Positions 20,310 through 30,383 of a stretch of 64,000 nucleotides of DNA are shown here, piece after piece (the stretch's first letter is position 1; every line of letters begins with the position of its first letter). Both the position numbers and the translations under genes were made by a program. The DNA is from Alkalispirochaeta sp. (lineage in GTDB: Bacteria; Spirochaetota; Spirochaetia; DSM-27196; Alkalispirochaetaceae): NCBI GenBank assembly GCA_965601925.1, contig OZ271854.1, positions 3,936,001 to 4,000,000 on the forward strand, given 5' to 3'. Under the pieces are notes generated by a model. It had not been told where the DNA came from, did no database searches, and worked only from the letters and a program-made list of their open reading frames with translations.

Positions 20310-20450
20310 GACGCCGTCCCCGCATGCACAGAAGCGATGCTCATGATCGTGGGAGCAGTGTCCAGGCTAAGCGAATCTTTGTCAACAAACACGCGCCGCC
20401 GCGTATCGAGTACGTGGGTAAGAGCGACCCCGGGCCGACGCTCGATTCCG

Positions 20451-20903
20451 TTACAGCGTCGTTACGGTGATCACGAAGAGCCAACTTGCGCTACGCCCGG
20501 CGTCCGGTCCGCGATCCTCCTCGACCGTCACGGGTATTCGTATTCGGTAGGGGCGTCCTCGCTCTAACGCTTCGAGGTCGACATCAACGACCGCGCGTCC
20601 GACGTCGGGATGAGGTTCGTGGGAAACGACAACCGCTTCTAGGCGAAACGGCTCCCCGATCTCCACGGAGAGCCACCGATTGGGTCCGTAAGGCACCGCG
20701 TAATTCGTTGCATAGGCCTCGCCGACTTGTGCCGCGACGGAGAAGGACCACTCGGTACCGACGCGATCGTTTCGCATCATACGCGCCGACGAAACGCGCA
20801 CAACGACCGTCGATTGGGCATACGCGACGGTTGAAATCGATGCGAGAAGAAGGCCGAGTAGGATGCGTCTCTTGGTACGTCCCGCGAAGATCACAGGAGC
20901 CAT
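20451..20903 (-). CDS. hypothetical exported protein
   Basis: basic then hydrophobic N-terminus ending AYA; beta-rich body. Confidence 0.6.
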   Translation of the reverse strand: MAPVIFAGRTKRRILLGLLLASISTVAYAQSTVVVRVSSARMMRNDRVGTEWSFSVAAQVGEAYATNYAVPYGPNRWLSVEIGEPFRLEAVVVSHEPHPDVGRAVVDVDLEALERGRPYRIRIPVTVEEDRGPDAGRSASWLFVITVTTL

Positions 20904-21220
20904 TATAATTCACATTTCGGACGTAGTCTCTCCTCTTTGCATCGCGGTGCGTGCGAACGTTCAAACGGCCGTGCGTCATTCGTCGCTCGGGCGGTACGGC
21001 CGCTAGGTACACGGGCCCGCAATACGCGCGCCAACCTCACGCCGGGCTCCAACGCCGTGATGCGAACCGGTCAGGTACGGTATATCTCCGCCGTTGCGAC
21101 TCCATGCCCGGCTCCCACTTCGAGAATGCTCGACCCTTGCGGAGAGTTCCGATAAAGGCCGACAATGGCATAGAGCATATCCGGGTACCCGGGTCTCGAA
21201 CGGCCGTAGGCGTCGGCGAC
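20903..21220 (-). pseudogene. class I SAM-dependent methyltransferase remnant
   Basis: VADAYGRSRPGYP...ILEVGAGHG...IYRT*PVRITALEPG; in-frame TGA at 21073-21071, no start codon, C-terminus missing. Confidence 0.7.
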
Positions 21221-21241
21221 CCCTCGGTGTACAATTCCGGC

Positions 21242-24200
21242 GTGCCTCGCCTACGGAGAGTCTTCATCGTGTTCCTCGTGTTGGGAAGTGTCCTTTGCCC
21301 GAGTCGCGTCGTCCCGCAGCGCGCCATGCGGTTCACCCACGTAACGGTCCGCGACGGATTGTCGAACAACTCGGTGTACTCGATTCTACAGGACCACCTC
21401 GGTTTTTTGTGGTTCGGGACCTTCTCCGGGCTGAACCGTTACGACGGGCGCGAGATACGCACCTACCGTCCCGAACCGGCGGACCGAACGAGTATTTCCG
21501 GTTCGGTCGTATTCGATATGCTCGTAGACTCCCGAAACCGTTTGTGGGTCGGTACCGGCGGCGGCCTTAATCGATACGACTATGAAGATGATTCATTTGA
21601 GACCTATCTCCACGATCCATCCGACACAACCTCCATTCCCAGTGACAGCGTTTTTTCGCTCGCGGAGGCCTCCGACGGCTCGATCTGGATCGGTACCGCC
21701 GACGCCGGCATCGTCGTACTCGACCCCGAGTCGGAGCGGTTCCGGCGCCTGACCACCGAGTCCGTCGGCGGGCCGGCGAGCGACGTAGTTCGCGTACTCC
21801 ATAGGGACGGGAGCGGACGGATGTGGATCGGGACCACACGCGGACTCTCCGTGTACACCGGTGGACCGGCGATGGAGCACCATCTTGCGGGGCATACCGT
21901 GCGCGATATCTTCGAGGATTCTCGGGGCGCGGTATGGATCGGGACCGAAGAGACGGGCCTGCTGCGCGTCGCGCCGGGGGGCGGAAGGAGGTTCGATACC
22001 GTTATCGGCGATGTGACGATTCGGACGATCAACGAGGACCGCACCGGGCGCATGTGGGTGGGTACGGAACGTGACGGCCTGGTGACGATCGAGTCGGACG
22101 GGACGGTGCGTAGGATCACCTACGCGACCGACGAGTCGCGCTCGCTCAGTAACGACTTTGTCCGTGACATCTACATCGACCGATCGGGGTTGGTGTGGGT
22201 CGCTACACGCGGCGGCGGCCTCAACCGTTACAATCCGCGTAGCGAAGGGTTCGAGTACATCCTGGACGGCGATTACGCGCCGCGTCAGATCATGGAAGAC
22301 GAAGACGGAACGGTGTGGATCGCGACCGACGGACAGGGCATCTATCGGATCGGCCGCGACGGTCGTAGTCGGCTCACCCACGAGTCGGGTAACCCCGCGT
22401 CGTTGGTAAGCGACCACATTTACTCGCTGGCGATCGACCATCGAGGGTATATGTGGATCGGGAGCGACGGCGACGGACTCGATCGATTGAACCGCGCCAC
22501 CGGCGAGGTCGTTCGCTATCGCTTCGATCCTCTTGACGATTCTACCATTCCCTCTAACGTGATTTGGAGTCTCCTCGTCGATGCCGGAGGGCGCCTATGG
22601 GTCGGGAGCGAAGGAGGCGGGCTCAGTCGGTACGACGAGGAAACGGATCGTTTCATCCGATTTAAGAACAACCCTACCGACGAATCGTCTCTGATCGGGA
22701 ACTCCGTACGGGCGTTGTACGAGGATAGTCGCGGTGTTCTGTGGATCGGCACATGGGACGGCGGGCTGAGCCGTTTGGAACCCTCCGGTGACCGATTTAC
22801 CACCTTTACGCGCGACCCCGCCGACGCGGCGAGCATCAGCGATAACAGCGTGAACTCCATCGCCGGGACGCCCGACGGTACGCTGTGGGTCGGAACGTCC
22901 GGCGGCGGCCTCAACGCCTTTGATTCGGCAACGCAGACCTTTCGCTCCTATCGCGTCGAGGACGGACTGCCGGACAATAACGTCGTCGGGCTGGTCGTCG
23001 ATCGGGCCGGGGACTTGTGGGTGGCGACGGGAAACGGCTTAGCGCACTTCGATGCGACGACCGAGGATTTCACGAGTTACTGGCAATCCGATGGACTCCC
23101 GGCCGACGAGTTCGGGCGCAACTCGGTACTCCGAACTCGCTCCGGAGAGGTGGTGTTGGGTACCGACGGCGGCGTCATTCGATTTCATCCGGACACGATC
23201 GCGCCCAACCCGTTCATGCCGCCGGTCCGTATCATCGGGTTCAGCCTCTTCAACGAGCCGGTGACCCGGGATACGCGCGCCGGTAGACGCAGGCGTCTGG
23301 AGAGAAGCATCGTCGTAAGCGATTCGGTCGGTATCTTTCCCGGCGACTCGTTCGTGGGGTTTACGTTTGCCGCGCTAGACTTCACCGATCCGTCGAAGAA
23401 TACCTATGCAATACAACTGATCGGGTTCGATCCCGAGCCTCGCTACCTCGGACCGTCGAACCGCTACTTCTACTCGAGTTTGCCGCCCGGGGAATACACC
23501 TTGCGCGTGATGGGCGCCAATAGCAACGGAGTATGGAGCCGGGAGCACGCCGAGATCGGCGTCGAGGTGTACCCCTCCTTCTTTCAGCAGTGGTATTTCT
23601 TCGGCATCGTCGCCGCGACGGTGGGCGTCGCGATCGCCGTTGTTGCGCGTATTCGCATTCGGGGATTGCATCGCCACACCCTCCTCCTCCGGCAGTTTTC
23701 CGACAGCGTGCAGGACGCGCGGGAGGAGGAGCGCAAGAGCGTCGCCCGGGATGTGCACGACGAGTTGGGTCAACTCTTGACGACACTCAAGATGCACATT
23801 TTTTGGCTTTCCCGAAACGCCGCGGCGGGAGAACCGCAGCGCCAGGCGCGGTATGACTCCATGCTCGGTATCATCGGCGCTACCCTCGACTGGACGAAGG
23901 ACATGGCGACGAGACTGCGTCCCGTGGCGCTCGATAACCTCACGCTCGCCGAAGCGGTCGACTGGTTGGTTCGAGAAACCGATCGACACTCCGATGTCCG
24001 GTTCACTCGTAGGATCGACGCGACCGGTGAGGTATCCGTGGACCGAGCGACTACCGTGTTTCGCCTGATGCAGGAGATACTTACCAATATCGTACGACAC
24101 TCCCGAGCGACAGAAGCGCACGTCGCGGTGCGAACCGTCGACGGCGAGGTACGTATCGACATACGGGACAATGGAATCGGCATCGATCGGCACAGCCTTG

Positions 24201-24352
24201 CAGATCCGAAATCATATGGCATAATCGGGATGCGGGAACGCGTCCGGCGTCTCGGCGGCGAGATTCGATTTCGCTCCGGAGCGACCGGAACGCACGTATC
24301 CGCAAAAATACCGATGGGAGAGGCGACCAATTCCGCGAATTCTCATAGCTGA
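21242..24352 (+). CDS. sensor histidine kinase: beta-propeller (Reg_prop) repeats, Y_Y_Y domain, TM, HisKA_3 and HATPase
   Basis: ~14 DxxGxxWIGT repeats; YSSLPPGEYTLRVMGANSNGVW; EERKSVARDVHDELGQ; DNGIG; GIIGMRER; start inferred at GTG 21242. Confidence 0.9.
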   Translation: MPRLRRVFIVFLVLGSVLCPSRVVPQRAMRFTHVTVRDGLSNNSVYSILQDHLGFLWFGTFSGLNRYDGREIRTYRPEPADRTSISGSVVFDMLVDSRNRLWVGTGGGLNRYDYEDDSFETYLHDPSDTTSIPSDSVFSLAEASDGSIWIGTADAGIVVLDPESERFRRLTTESVGGPASDVVRVLHRDGSGRMWIGTTRGLSVYTGGPAMEHHLAGHTVRDIFEDSRGAVWIGTEETGLLRVAPGGGRRFDTVIGDVTIRTINEDRTGRMWVGTERDGLVTIESDGTVRRITYATDESRSLSNDFVRDIYIDRSGLVWVATRGGGLNRYNPRSEGFEYILDGDYAPRQIMEDEDGTVWIATDGQGIYRIGRDGRSRLTHESGNPASLVSDHIYSLAIDHRGYMWIGSDGDGLDRLNRATGEVVRYRFDPLDDSTIPSNVIWSLLVDAGGRLWVGSEGGGLSRYDEETDRFIRFKNNPTDESSLIGNSVRALYEDSRGVLWIGTWDGGLSRLEPSGDRFTTFTRDPADAASISDNSVNSIAGTPDGTLWVGTSGGGLNAFDSATQTFRSYRVEDGLPDNNVVGLVVDRAGDLWVATGNGLAHFDATTEDFTSYWQSDGLPADEFGRNSVLRTRSGEVVLGTDGGVIRFHPDTIAPNPFMPPVRIIGFSLFNEPVTRDTRAGRRRRLERSIVVSDSVGIFPGDSFVGFTFAALDFTDPSKNTYAIQLIGFDPEPRYLGPSNRYFYSSLPPGEYTLRVMGANSNGVWSREHAEIGVEVYPSFFQQWYFFGIVAATVGVAIAVVARIRIRGLHRHTLLLRQFSDSVQDAREEERKSVARDVHDELGQLLTTLKMHIFWLSRNAAAGEPQRQARYDSMLGIIGATLDWTKDMATRLRPVALDNLTLAEAVDWLVRETDRHSDVRFTRRIDATGEVSVDRATTVFRLMQEILTNIVRHSRATEAHVAVRTVDGEVRIDIRDNGIGIDRHSLADPKSYGIIGMRERVRRLGGEIRFRSGATGTHVSAKIPMGEATNSANSHS

Positions 24353-24965
24353 CGACCATCCCGTGCTACGCCGCGGTCTCATCCAGTTACTCAAGGAATC
24401 TCTGCCGATCGCCCGGATATACGAGGTTGATGCCGGTAATCAGGTGATCCCACTGTTGCGCGAGCACCGGATTGAGGTGGTGGTTCTGGACATCAGCTTG
24501 CCGGGTAAGGACGGTATGATCGTCCTGTCGGAGATCAAAAGCGAGTTTCCCGATACTCCGGTGCTCATGCTGAGTATCCAACCGGAGGCGCAGTATGCCG
24601 CGCGCGCCTTCCGTCTCGGTGCTTCGGGCTGCCTCAACAAGGCGGTCGCGCCCGAGGAACTCGTGTGCGCCGTCCGTCGGGTACTGCAGGGCGAGACGTA
24701 CATCAATGAGGCGACGTCCCACGCCCTTCTCGATACGATTCGACACCCCGCCTCCGGCGCATCCCACCACACCCTGTCGGAGCGCGAGACGCAGGTGATG
24801 CTCATGATCGCATCGGGAAAGACGCTCTCGGAGATCGCTACCGAGTTGAACCTGAGCGTCAAAACGGTGAGTACCTATCGGAGCCGCCTTCTGGAGAAGA
24901 TGCATCTCCGTAACAATTCGCAGCTGACCCATTACGTGTACAAGAACAAGCTCATGACGTTGTAG
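24330..24965 (+). CDS. NarL/UvrY-like response regulator (REC + LuxR HTH); apparent ATT start
   Basis: ILIADDH lies upstream of the first GTG (24363); VLDISLPG; LSERE...LSVKTVSTYRSR. Confidence 0.88.
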   Translation: MPRILIADDHPVLRRGLIQLLKESLPIARIYEVDAGNQVIPLLREHRIEVVVLDISLPGKDGMIVLSEIKSEFPDTPVLMLSIQPEAQYAARAFRLGASGCLNKAVAPEELVCAVRRVLQGETYINEATSHALLDTIRHPASGASHHTLSERETQVMLMIASGKTLSEIATELNLSVKTVSTYRSRLLEKMHLRNNSQLTHYVYKNKLMTL

Positions 24966-25029
24966 GACAAAACCAGACAAAAATGTCGGATTGCGTCTTA
25001 CTGGCGAATGGAAAAGCGGCAGTTAGAAT
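24961..25029 (+). promoter_or_regulatory. candidate citC promoter: two TGTMGG-N7-CWKACW boxes and -10 TAGAAT
   Basis: TGTAGG-acaaaac-CAGACA (24961-24979), TGTCGG-attgcgt-CTTACT (24984-25002), TAGAAT 25024-25029, ATG 6 nt later. Confidence 0.5.
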
Positions 25030-25035
25030 CCGCCC

Positions 25036-26085
25036 ATGGCGTGGAGTGAGGACTTCTCGATTCGGTCGCTGTCCCGCGGCGTTGCATCGGAGCGCGCCCA
25101 GGTTGAGGCATTCCTTCAACACTACAATCTGCAATACGAGACGGATATCGATTATACCGTGGGAGTATTCCGCGGCGACGCGCTGCTCGCCACCGGTTCG
25201 CTCGCCGGTCGAGTAATCAAGGGCGTCGCGGTGAGCGAGGCCGGGCGCGGGCGCAATCTTACCGCGACGGTCGTCTCGTATCTCAAGCTCAAGGCGCACC
25301 ACCAAGGTGTGCATTCGCTCTTTCTATTCACGTCACCGGAAAATCGGACGGTATTCACCGCTCTGGGATTCTCGCCGCTGGCGGAGACATCCGATGCGCT
25401 GCTGTTCGAAGACAACAAACACGGTCTGCGCCGTTATCGCGAACGGTTGGCTGCGGCGCGTCGGGACGACGGCACAACGGCCGCAGTCGTGATGAACTGC
25501 AATCCCTTTACCAATGGGCACCGGTATCTGATCGAAACCGCGTCGCGTAGGGTCGATCACGTCGTCGTCTTCGTCGTCGAGGAAGATCGGTCGGTCTTTC
25601 CGTTCGACGATCGGTTGGCTCTGGTGGCGGCGGGAACCGAGGATCTTGCGAACGTATGCGTAGTGCCGGGCGGAGACTACATCATCTCCGGAGCGACCTT
25701 TCCCACGTACTTCATCAAGGATACCGGGCGCATCAACGCCGCCCACGCTACGCTCGACGCCACTCTGTTCGCCGACTCAATTGCGCCGGCGGTGGGTGCG
25801 ACGCAGCGCTTTGTCGGAGCCGAGCCGTACTGCGAAGTCACCGCCCACTACAACCGCGTCCTGGCCGACGTGCTTCCCCGTTTCGGCGTCGAGGTAGTAG
25901 AGATCGAACGGAAGGAGACGGCGGGCCACGCAATCAGCGCCTCACAGGTGCGCCGACTCTGGGCGCGCGACGCCCTCTGTGAGCTCGCGGCACTGGTTCC
26001 CGAGTCGACGTATCGGTTCCTGACATCCGAGGCGGCCCGGCCGATTAAGCGGCGTCTACAAGGAGACATGGATGAAGATCGTTAA
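25036..26085 (+). CDS. citC: [citrate (pro-3S)-lyase] ligase
   Basis: VMNCNPFTNGHRYLIE, YIISGATFPTYF, RFVGAEP, ISASQVR. Confidence 0.95.
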   Translation: MAWSEDFSIRSLSRGVASERAQVEAFLQHYNLQYETDIDYTVGVFRGDALLATGSLAGRVIKGVAVSEAGRGRNLTATVVSYLKLKAHHQGVHSLFLFTSPENRTVFTALGFSPLAETSDALLFEDNKHGLRRYRERLAAARRDDGTTAAVVMNCNPFTNGHRYLIETASRRVDHVVVFVVEEDRSVFPFDDRLALVAAGTEDLANVCVVPGGDYIISGATFPTYFIKDTGRINAAHATLDATLFADSIAPAVGATQRFVGAEPYCEVTAHYNRVLADVLPRFGVEVVEIERKETAGHAISASQVRRLWARDALCELAALVPESTYRFLTSEAARPIKRRLQGDMDEDR

Positions 26086-26368
26086 GACGGGGATCGCCGG
26101 TTCTTTGGAGTCGAGCGACGTGCTGGTTACCGTGAGCCCACCGGAGGGAGAGGGCGTACACATCGACGTGGAGAGCGCGGTGATAAAGCAGTTCGGGCGG
26201 CAGATTCGTCGCGTAGCAAAGGAGACTCTCGAGGAGCTGGAGATCACCGATGTGTTTCTCTCCCTTCAGGATAAGGGGGCGCTGGACAGCACGATTCGCG
26301 CGCGTATCGAGTCGGCGGCGTATCGGGCGGCGGGTATCAGCCGGTATCGGTGGAGGCGTCAATCGTGA
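26072..26368 (+). CDS. citD: citrate lyase acyl carrier protein
   Basis: AGSLESSD, KQFG, DKGALD. Confidence 0.95.
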   Translation: MKIVKTGIAGSLESSDVLVTVSPPEGEGVHIDVESAVIKQFGRQIRRVAKETLEELEITDVFLSLQDKGALDSTIRARIESAAYRAAGISRYRWRRQS

Positions 26369-27261
26369 AACTGCGCCGGACAATGCTCTACGTACCGGGA
26401 AACAACGCCGCGATGGTGAAGGATGCGCATATCTACCGGTCCGACGCGATCATGTTCGATCTGGAAGACGCGATTGCAGTAGAGGAGAAAGACAGCGCAC
26501 GTTTTCTGGTCTACCACGCGTTGCGTAACCTCAACTACGAGGGAATGGAGACGGTGGTACGCATCAACGGGCTGGACACCCCCTTCGGCCGCGACGACAT
26601 TGCCGCAATGGTAAACGCGCGGCCGAACCTCATTCGGATTCCCAAGACGGACTGCGCCGCCGACGTCCAGGAGGTCGAAGCGTTGGTCGCTGAGGAGGAG
26701 CACGCCGCCGGTGTTCCGGAGGGTACGATCGGTCTCATGGCTGCGATCGAAAGTCCCCTCGGCGTGCTTAATTCGTACGACATCGCAACGTCCTCCAAGC
26801 GGCTCATCGGTATCGCCTTCGGCGCCGAGGATTTCGTTACGAATATGAAGACGACGCGGAGTAAGGACGGTATGGAGCTCCTCTTTGCCCGTAGCCACAT
26901 CGTCGCCTCGGCGCGGGCGGCCGGCATCTATGCGCTGGATACCGTCTTCTCCGATCTCGACGACGAAGAGGGGTTGGTACGCGAAGCGACGGCGGCCAAG
27001 CAACTCGGATTCGACGGTAAATCGGTAATCTCACCGCGCCAGATTGCCCCGGTACATCGCGTCTTTCAGCCCGCCGACGGCGAGATCGAGTCGGCAAAAC
27101 GGGTCATGCGCGCCGTCGCCGAGGCGGAGAGAGTCGGGGCCGGCGTCTTTACCGTCGACGGGAAGATGGTCGACAAGCCGATTATCGAGCGCGCCGAGCG
27201 CATCATCGAGTTGGCGCGAGCGGCGGGCTACCGCATTACCGCGGAGGACATCAATGGCTAG
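26365..27261 (+). CDS. citE: citrate lyase beta subunit
   Basis: LRRTMLYVPGNN, FDLEDA, FGAEDF, GFDGKS, MVDKP. Confidence 0.95.
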   Translation: MKLRRTMLYVPGNNAAMVKDAHIYRSDAIMFDLEDAIAVEEKDSARFLVYHALRNLNYEGMETVVRINGLDTPFGRDDIAAMVNARPNLIRIPKTDCAADVQEVEALVAEEEHAAGVPEGTIGLMAAIESPLGVLNSYDIATSSKRLIGIAFGAEDFVTNMKTTRSKDGMELLFARSHIVASARAAGIYALDTVFSDLDDEEGLVREATAAKQLGFDGKSVISPRQIAPVHRVFQPADGEIESAKRVMRAVAEAERVGAGVFTVDGKMVDKPIIERAERIIELARAAGYRITAEDING

Positions 27262-28804
27262 CAACAGTATCGACCGTGAGATACCGGCGAAGATCGGCCG
27301 CTTTTCGAACCTCAAGCCCTTTCAGGGAGCGGTAGAGAACACACCGCTCATCCGGCGGCGAAAGGGCGATCGCAGCGCGCCGCGTCTTAACAAACTCGTC
27401 GACACCGTCGAGCAGGCGGTGCTTAAATCGGGTCTCAAAGATGGTATGACGATCTCGTTTCACCACCATTTCCGCAACGGTGACCGCGTGGTGAACATGG
27501 TGATGGACGTAATCGCCAACCTGGGTATCAAGGACCTGACGGTGGCGAGCTCGTCCCTCACCGGCGTGCACGACGAGTTGATTCGCCATATCGAGAGTAA
27601 GGTCATCACGCGCATCTACACCAGCGGCCTGCGCGGCGATTTGGCAGGTGCGATCTCCTGCGGGCTCATGGACGAACCGGTGGTCTTCCATTCCCACGGC
27701 GGGCGTGCCCGGGCGATCGAGACGGGGCAGATCACGATCGATGTCGCCTTTCTCGGTGTGCCCTCCTGCGATGTGTACGGAAACGCCAACGGATTTACCG
27801 GCGACTCCGCCTGCGGCGCCCTCGGCTACGCGATCGTCGACGCCAACCACGCCGATACCGTGGTACTTCTGACCGACAATCTCGTCGAGTATCCCAATAC
27901 GCCGTTCAGCATCGATCAGGATCTGGTGGATCATATCGTGACGGTCGATTCGGTCGGCGACGCGTCCAAGATCGCAACCGGAGCGACGCGGATCACCACT
28001 AACCCCAAAGACCTTCTGATCGCCCAAAACGCGGCGGACGTCATCGCCTACTCGCCCTACTTCGAAGACGGTTTCTCGCTCCAAACCGGCTCCGGCGGCG
28101 CCTCCCTCGCGACGACGCGTTACCTCACCGAGCATATGGAGCAACGCGGCGTAACGGCGAGCTGGGCCCTGGGCGGTATCACCAGCCAGATGGTCGCCAT
28201 GCACGAGGCGGGGCTGATAAAACGGCTTTTGGACGTGCAGAGCTTCGACCTCGACGCCATCCGATCGATTGCACGAAATCCGCTGCACACCGAGATCGAC
28301 GCGTCGTTTTACGCCAATCCGCTCAACAAAGGGTGTGCAGTGAACAAGCTCAACGTCGTCGTGTTGAGCGCGCTGGAGATCGATGTCGACTTCAACGTCA
28401 ACGTACTAACCGGTTCCGACGGCACCATTATGGGTGCGTCGGGCGGGCACTCCGACACGGCGATCGGCTCCGGTCTCTCGATCGTAGTGGCGCCGCTCAT
28501 TCGCGGCCGCATTGCGACGGTGGTCGACCGCGTCATCACCGTCATTACACCCGGCGAGTCAGTCGACATTTTGGTCACCGACCGCGGTATCGCGATCAAC
28601 CCCCGCCGTCCCGATCTCATCACCCATTTTCGAGGTAGCTCGCTTCCGATCTTTACGATTCAGGAGTTGAAGGAGCGGGCCGAGCACGTTGCAGGCCGTC
28701 CGGAGCCGCTGGTGTTCGAAGATCGGATCGTCGGATTGGTCGAATACCGCGACGGCACGATTATCGACGTGATACGAAGCGTTCCGGTTTACTGCGAGAG
28801 TTAG
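27254..28804 (+). CDS. citF: citrate lyase alpha subunit (citrate CoA-transferase)
   Basis: TISFHHHFRNGD, HSHGGRARAI, QTGSGGASLA, GASGGHSDTA. Confidence 0.95.
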   Translation: MASNSIDREIPAKIGRFSNLKPFQGAVENTPLIRRRKGDRSAPRLNKLVDTVEQAVLKSGLKDGMTISFHHHFRNGDRVVNMVMDVIANLGIKDLTVASSSLTGVHDELIRHIESKVITRIYTSGLRGDLAGAISCGLMDEPVVFHSHGGRARAIETGQITIDVAFLGVPSCDVYGNANGFTGDSACGALGYAIVDANHADTVVLLTDNLVEYPNTPFSIDQDLVDHIVTVDSVGDASKIATGATRITTNPKDLLIAQNAADVIAYSPYFEDGFSLQTGSGGASLATTRYLTEHMEQRGVTASWALGGITSQMVAMHEAGLIKRLLDVQSFDLDAIRSIARNPLHTEIDASFYANPLNKGCAVNKLNVVVLSALEIDVDFNVNVLTGSDGTIMGASGGHSDTAIGSGLSIVVAPLIRGRIATVVDRVITVITPGESVDILVTDRGIAINPRRPDLITHFRGSSLPIFTIQELKERAEHVAGRPEPLVFEDRIVGLVEYRDGTIIDVIRSVPVYCES

Positions 28805-28846
28805 CGCAGCGTAGATGCGCATCAAATACATTAGGGAGGTTTCACA

Positions 28847-29839
28847 ATGAGACGATTGGGAGTGTGTATGCTGATCACCCTCGTGGCGATCGGTGCCGTA
28901 TGGGCCGAGGGCCAGAACGAAGGCGGCGCGGGATATCCTCGCGGTGCGCTTGATTTTGTCGCTCCCGGCGGGGCCGGCGGCGGCTGGGATCTCACGATTC
29001 GGACTACCGCGAACGTACTGGCCGACAGCGGCTTGGTCGACGCGCCGATGCCGGTACGCAACAATCCCGGTGCGGGCGGATCGGTTCATCTTGCGAGTCT
29101 GCAGGAGCGACCCGACGCCGATAACATCATCACCGTATACTCGCCGCCGCTTATTCTTACCCAGTTGGCCGGTACTTCGGAGTTCGGATATCAAGACGTG
29201 ACGCCCCTCGCACGATTGATCGCCGACTACGCGGTCTTCGTCGTTCGAGACGATTCTCCGTTCCAAACGATGGTCGACGTGATGGAGGCCCTCGAGGCCG
29301 ATATCAAGGGCGTCAAGATCGGCGGTACGTCCTCGGCCGGATCGATGGATCATCTTCAATTTCTTATTATGGCTCGAGCCGCAGGCATTACGGACTTACG
29401 CGAGATCGACTACGTCAGCTTCGACGACGGCGGATCGGCGATGGTCATGGGTGGGCACATCGACATCTTTTCCACCGGCCTCTCGGAGGTACGCGGTTTG
29501 ATCGAGAGCGGCGACCTGCGCGCTCTGGCGCAGTCCGCTCCCCATCGAGTTGGGGCGGGAATCGTCGCTCAGATTCCCACGACCGTGGAGCAGGGAATCG
29601 ATGCGACCTTCGTGAACTGGCGCGGTCTATTCGGTCCTCCCCAGATGCCCGACTATGCGGTCGAGTACTGGCGCGAGACGTTGGCGGCCATGGTGCAGAC
29701 CCCGGAATGGGACACGGCGCGCCTCACAAACGGGTGGGACGACGCGTACATGGACGGTCCCGAGTTCGGTGAGTTCTTGGCCGAGGTGGATACCGAGTAC
29801 CGCACTATCCTCGCCGAAATCGGCATGTTGGCGAATTAA
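28847..29839 (+). CDS. tctC: tripartite tricarboxylate transporter substrate-binding protein
   Basis: APGGAGGGWDLTIR, NNPGAGG, NWRGLFGP; signal peptide. Confidence 0.92.
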   Translation: MRRLGVCMLITLVAIGAVWAEGQNEGGAGYPRGALDFVAPGGAGGGWDLTIRTTANVLADSGLVDAPMPVRNNPGAGGSVHLASLQERPDADNIITVYSPPLILTQLAGTSEFGYQDVTPLARLIADYAVFVVRDDSPFQTMVDVMEALEADIKGVKIGGTSSAGSMDHLQFLIMARAAGITDLREIDYVSFDDGGSAMVMGGHIDIFSTGLSEVRGLIESGDLRALAQSAPHRVGAGIVAQIPTTVEQGIDATFVNWRGLFGPPQMPDYAVEYWRETLAAMVQTPEWDTARLTNGWDDAYMDGPEFGEFLAEVDTEYRTILAEIGMLAN

Positions 29840-29863
29840 CTCGCCGCGATACGCGCGACGTAT

Positions 29864-29896
29864 GGGCGGCATCCCGCGCGATGCCGCCCGCTTTTC
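29864..29896 (+). terminator. intercistronic hairpin after tctC
   Basis: GGGCGGCATC/GATGCCGCCC 10-bp stem followed by GCTTTTC. Confidence 0.55.
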
Positions 29897-29909
29897 AGGA
29901 GTACTATCT

Positions 29910-30374
29910 ATGACTATCACGACGATATCGGGAATCGTATCGCTGGCGGTCGGTATCACCTTTGCGATGATGGCGTTCAGCTTGCCGGATGCGAGTATCG
30001 GTATCCCCTTCGCACCAAAAGTATTTCCCGCCGGACTCGGCATTCTCATGATCGTCTTGTCGATCGTGCAAATCTCCAAAGAGACGCTCCGTGTCCGCCG
30101 AACCGCAGAACCGGTCGCCCGAGGTCGGGATCCTTATGTACGCAAGATCCTCCTTTCCTGCGTATTCGCGCTCGTATACGCGATGCTTTTTGACCGGATC
30201 GGATACGTACTGTCGACGGTATTCTTCTTGGAAGCCGAATTATGGCTCTTTAACGGCCGCGAGCACTGGAAAACGAACACCCTCGTCGCGGTGATCTTCA
30301 GCATCGCGGTGTACGTGCTTTTTTCGCAAATCCTGGGCGTCTACCTGCCCCGTACGCCCATCATCTGGATATAG
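29910..30374 (+). CDS. tctB: tripartite tricarboxylate transporter small membrane subunit
   Basis: PKVFP, GYVLST, LGVYLP; lies between tctC and tctA. Confidence 0.88.
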   Translation: MTITTISGIVSLAVGITFAMMAFSLPDASIGIPFAPKVFPAGLGILMIVLSIVQISKETLRVRRTAEPVARGRDPYVRKILLSCVFALVYAMLFDRIGYVLSTVFFLEAELWLFNGREHWKTNTLVAVIFSIAVYVLFSQILGVYLPRTPIIWI

Positions 30375-30383
30375 GAGATCGCG

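Noticed and set aside
21071..21073. Selenocysteine or read-through TGA in the methyltransferase fragment
   Set aside because: The gene also lacks a start and its C-terminus; decay is the simpler explanation
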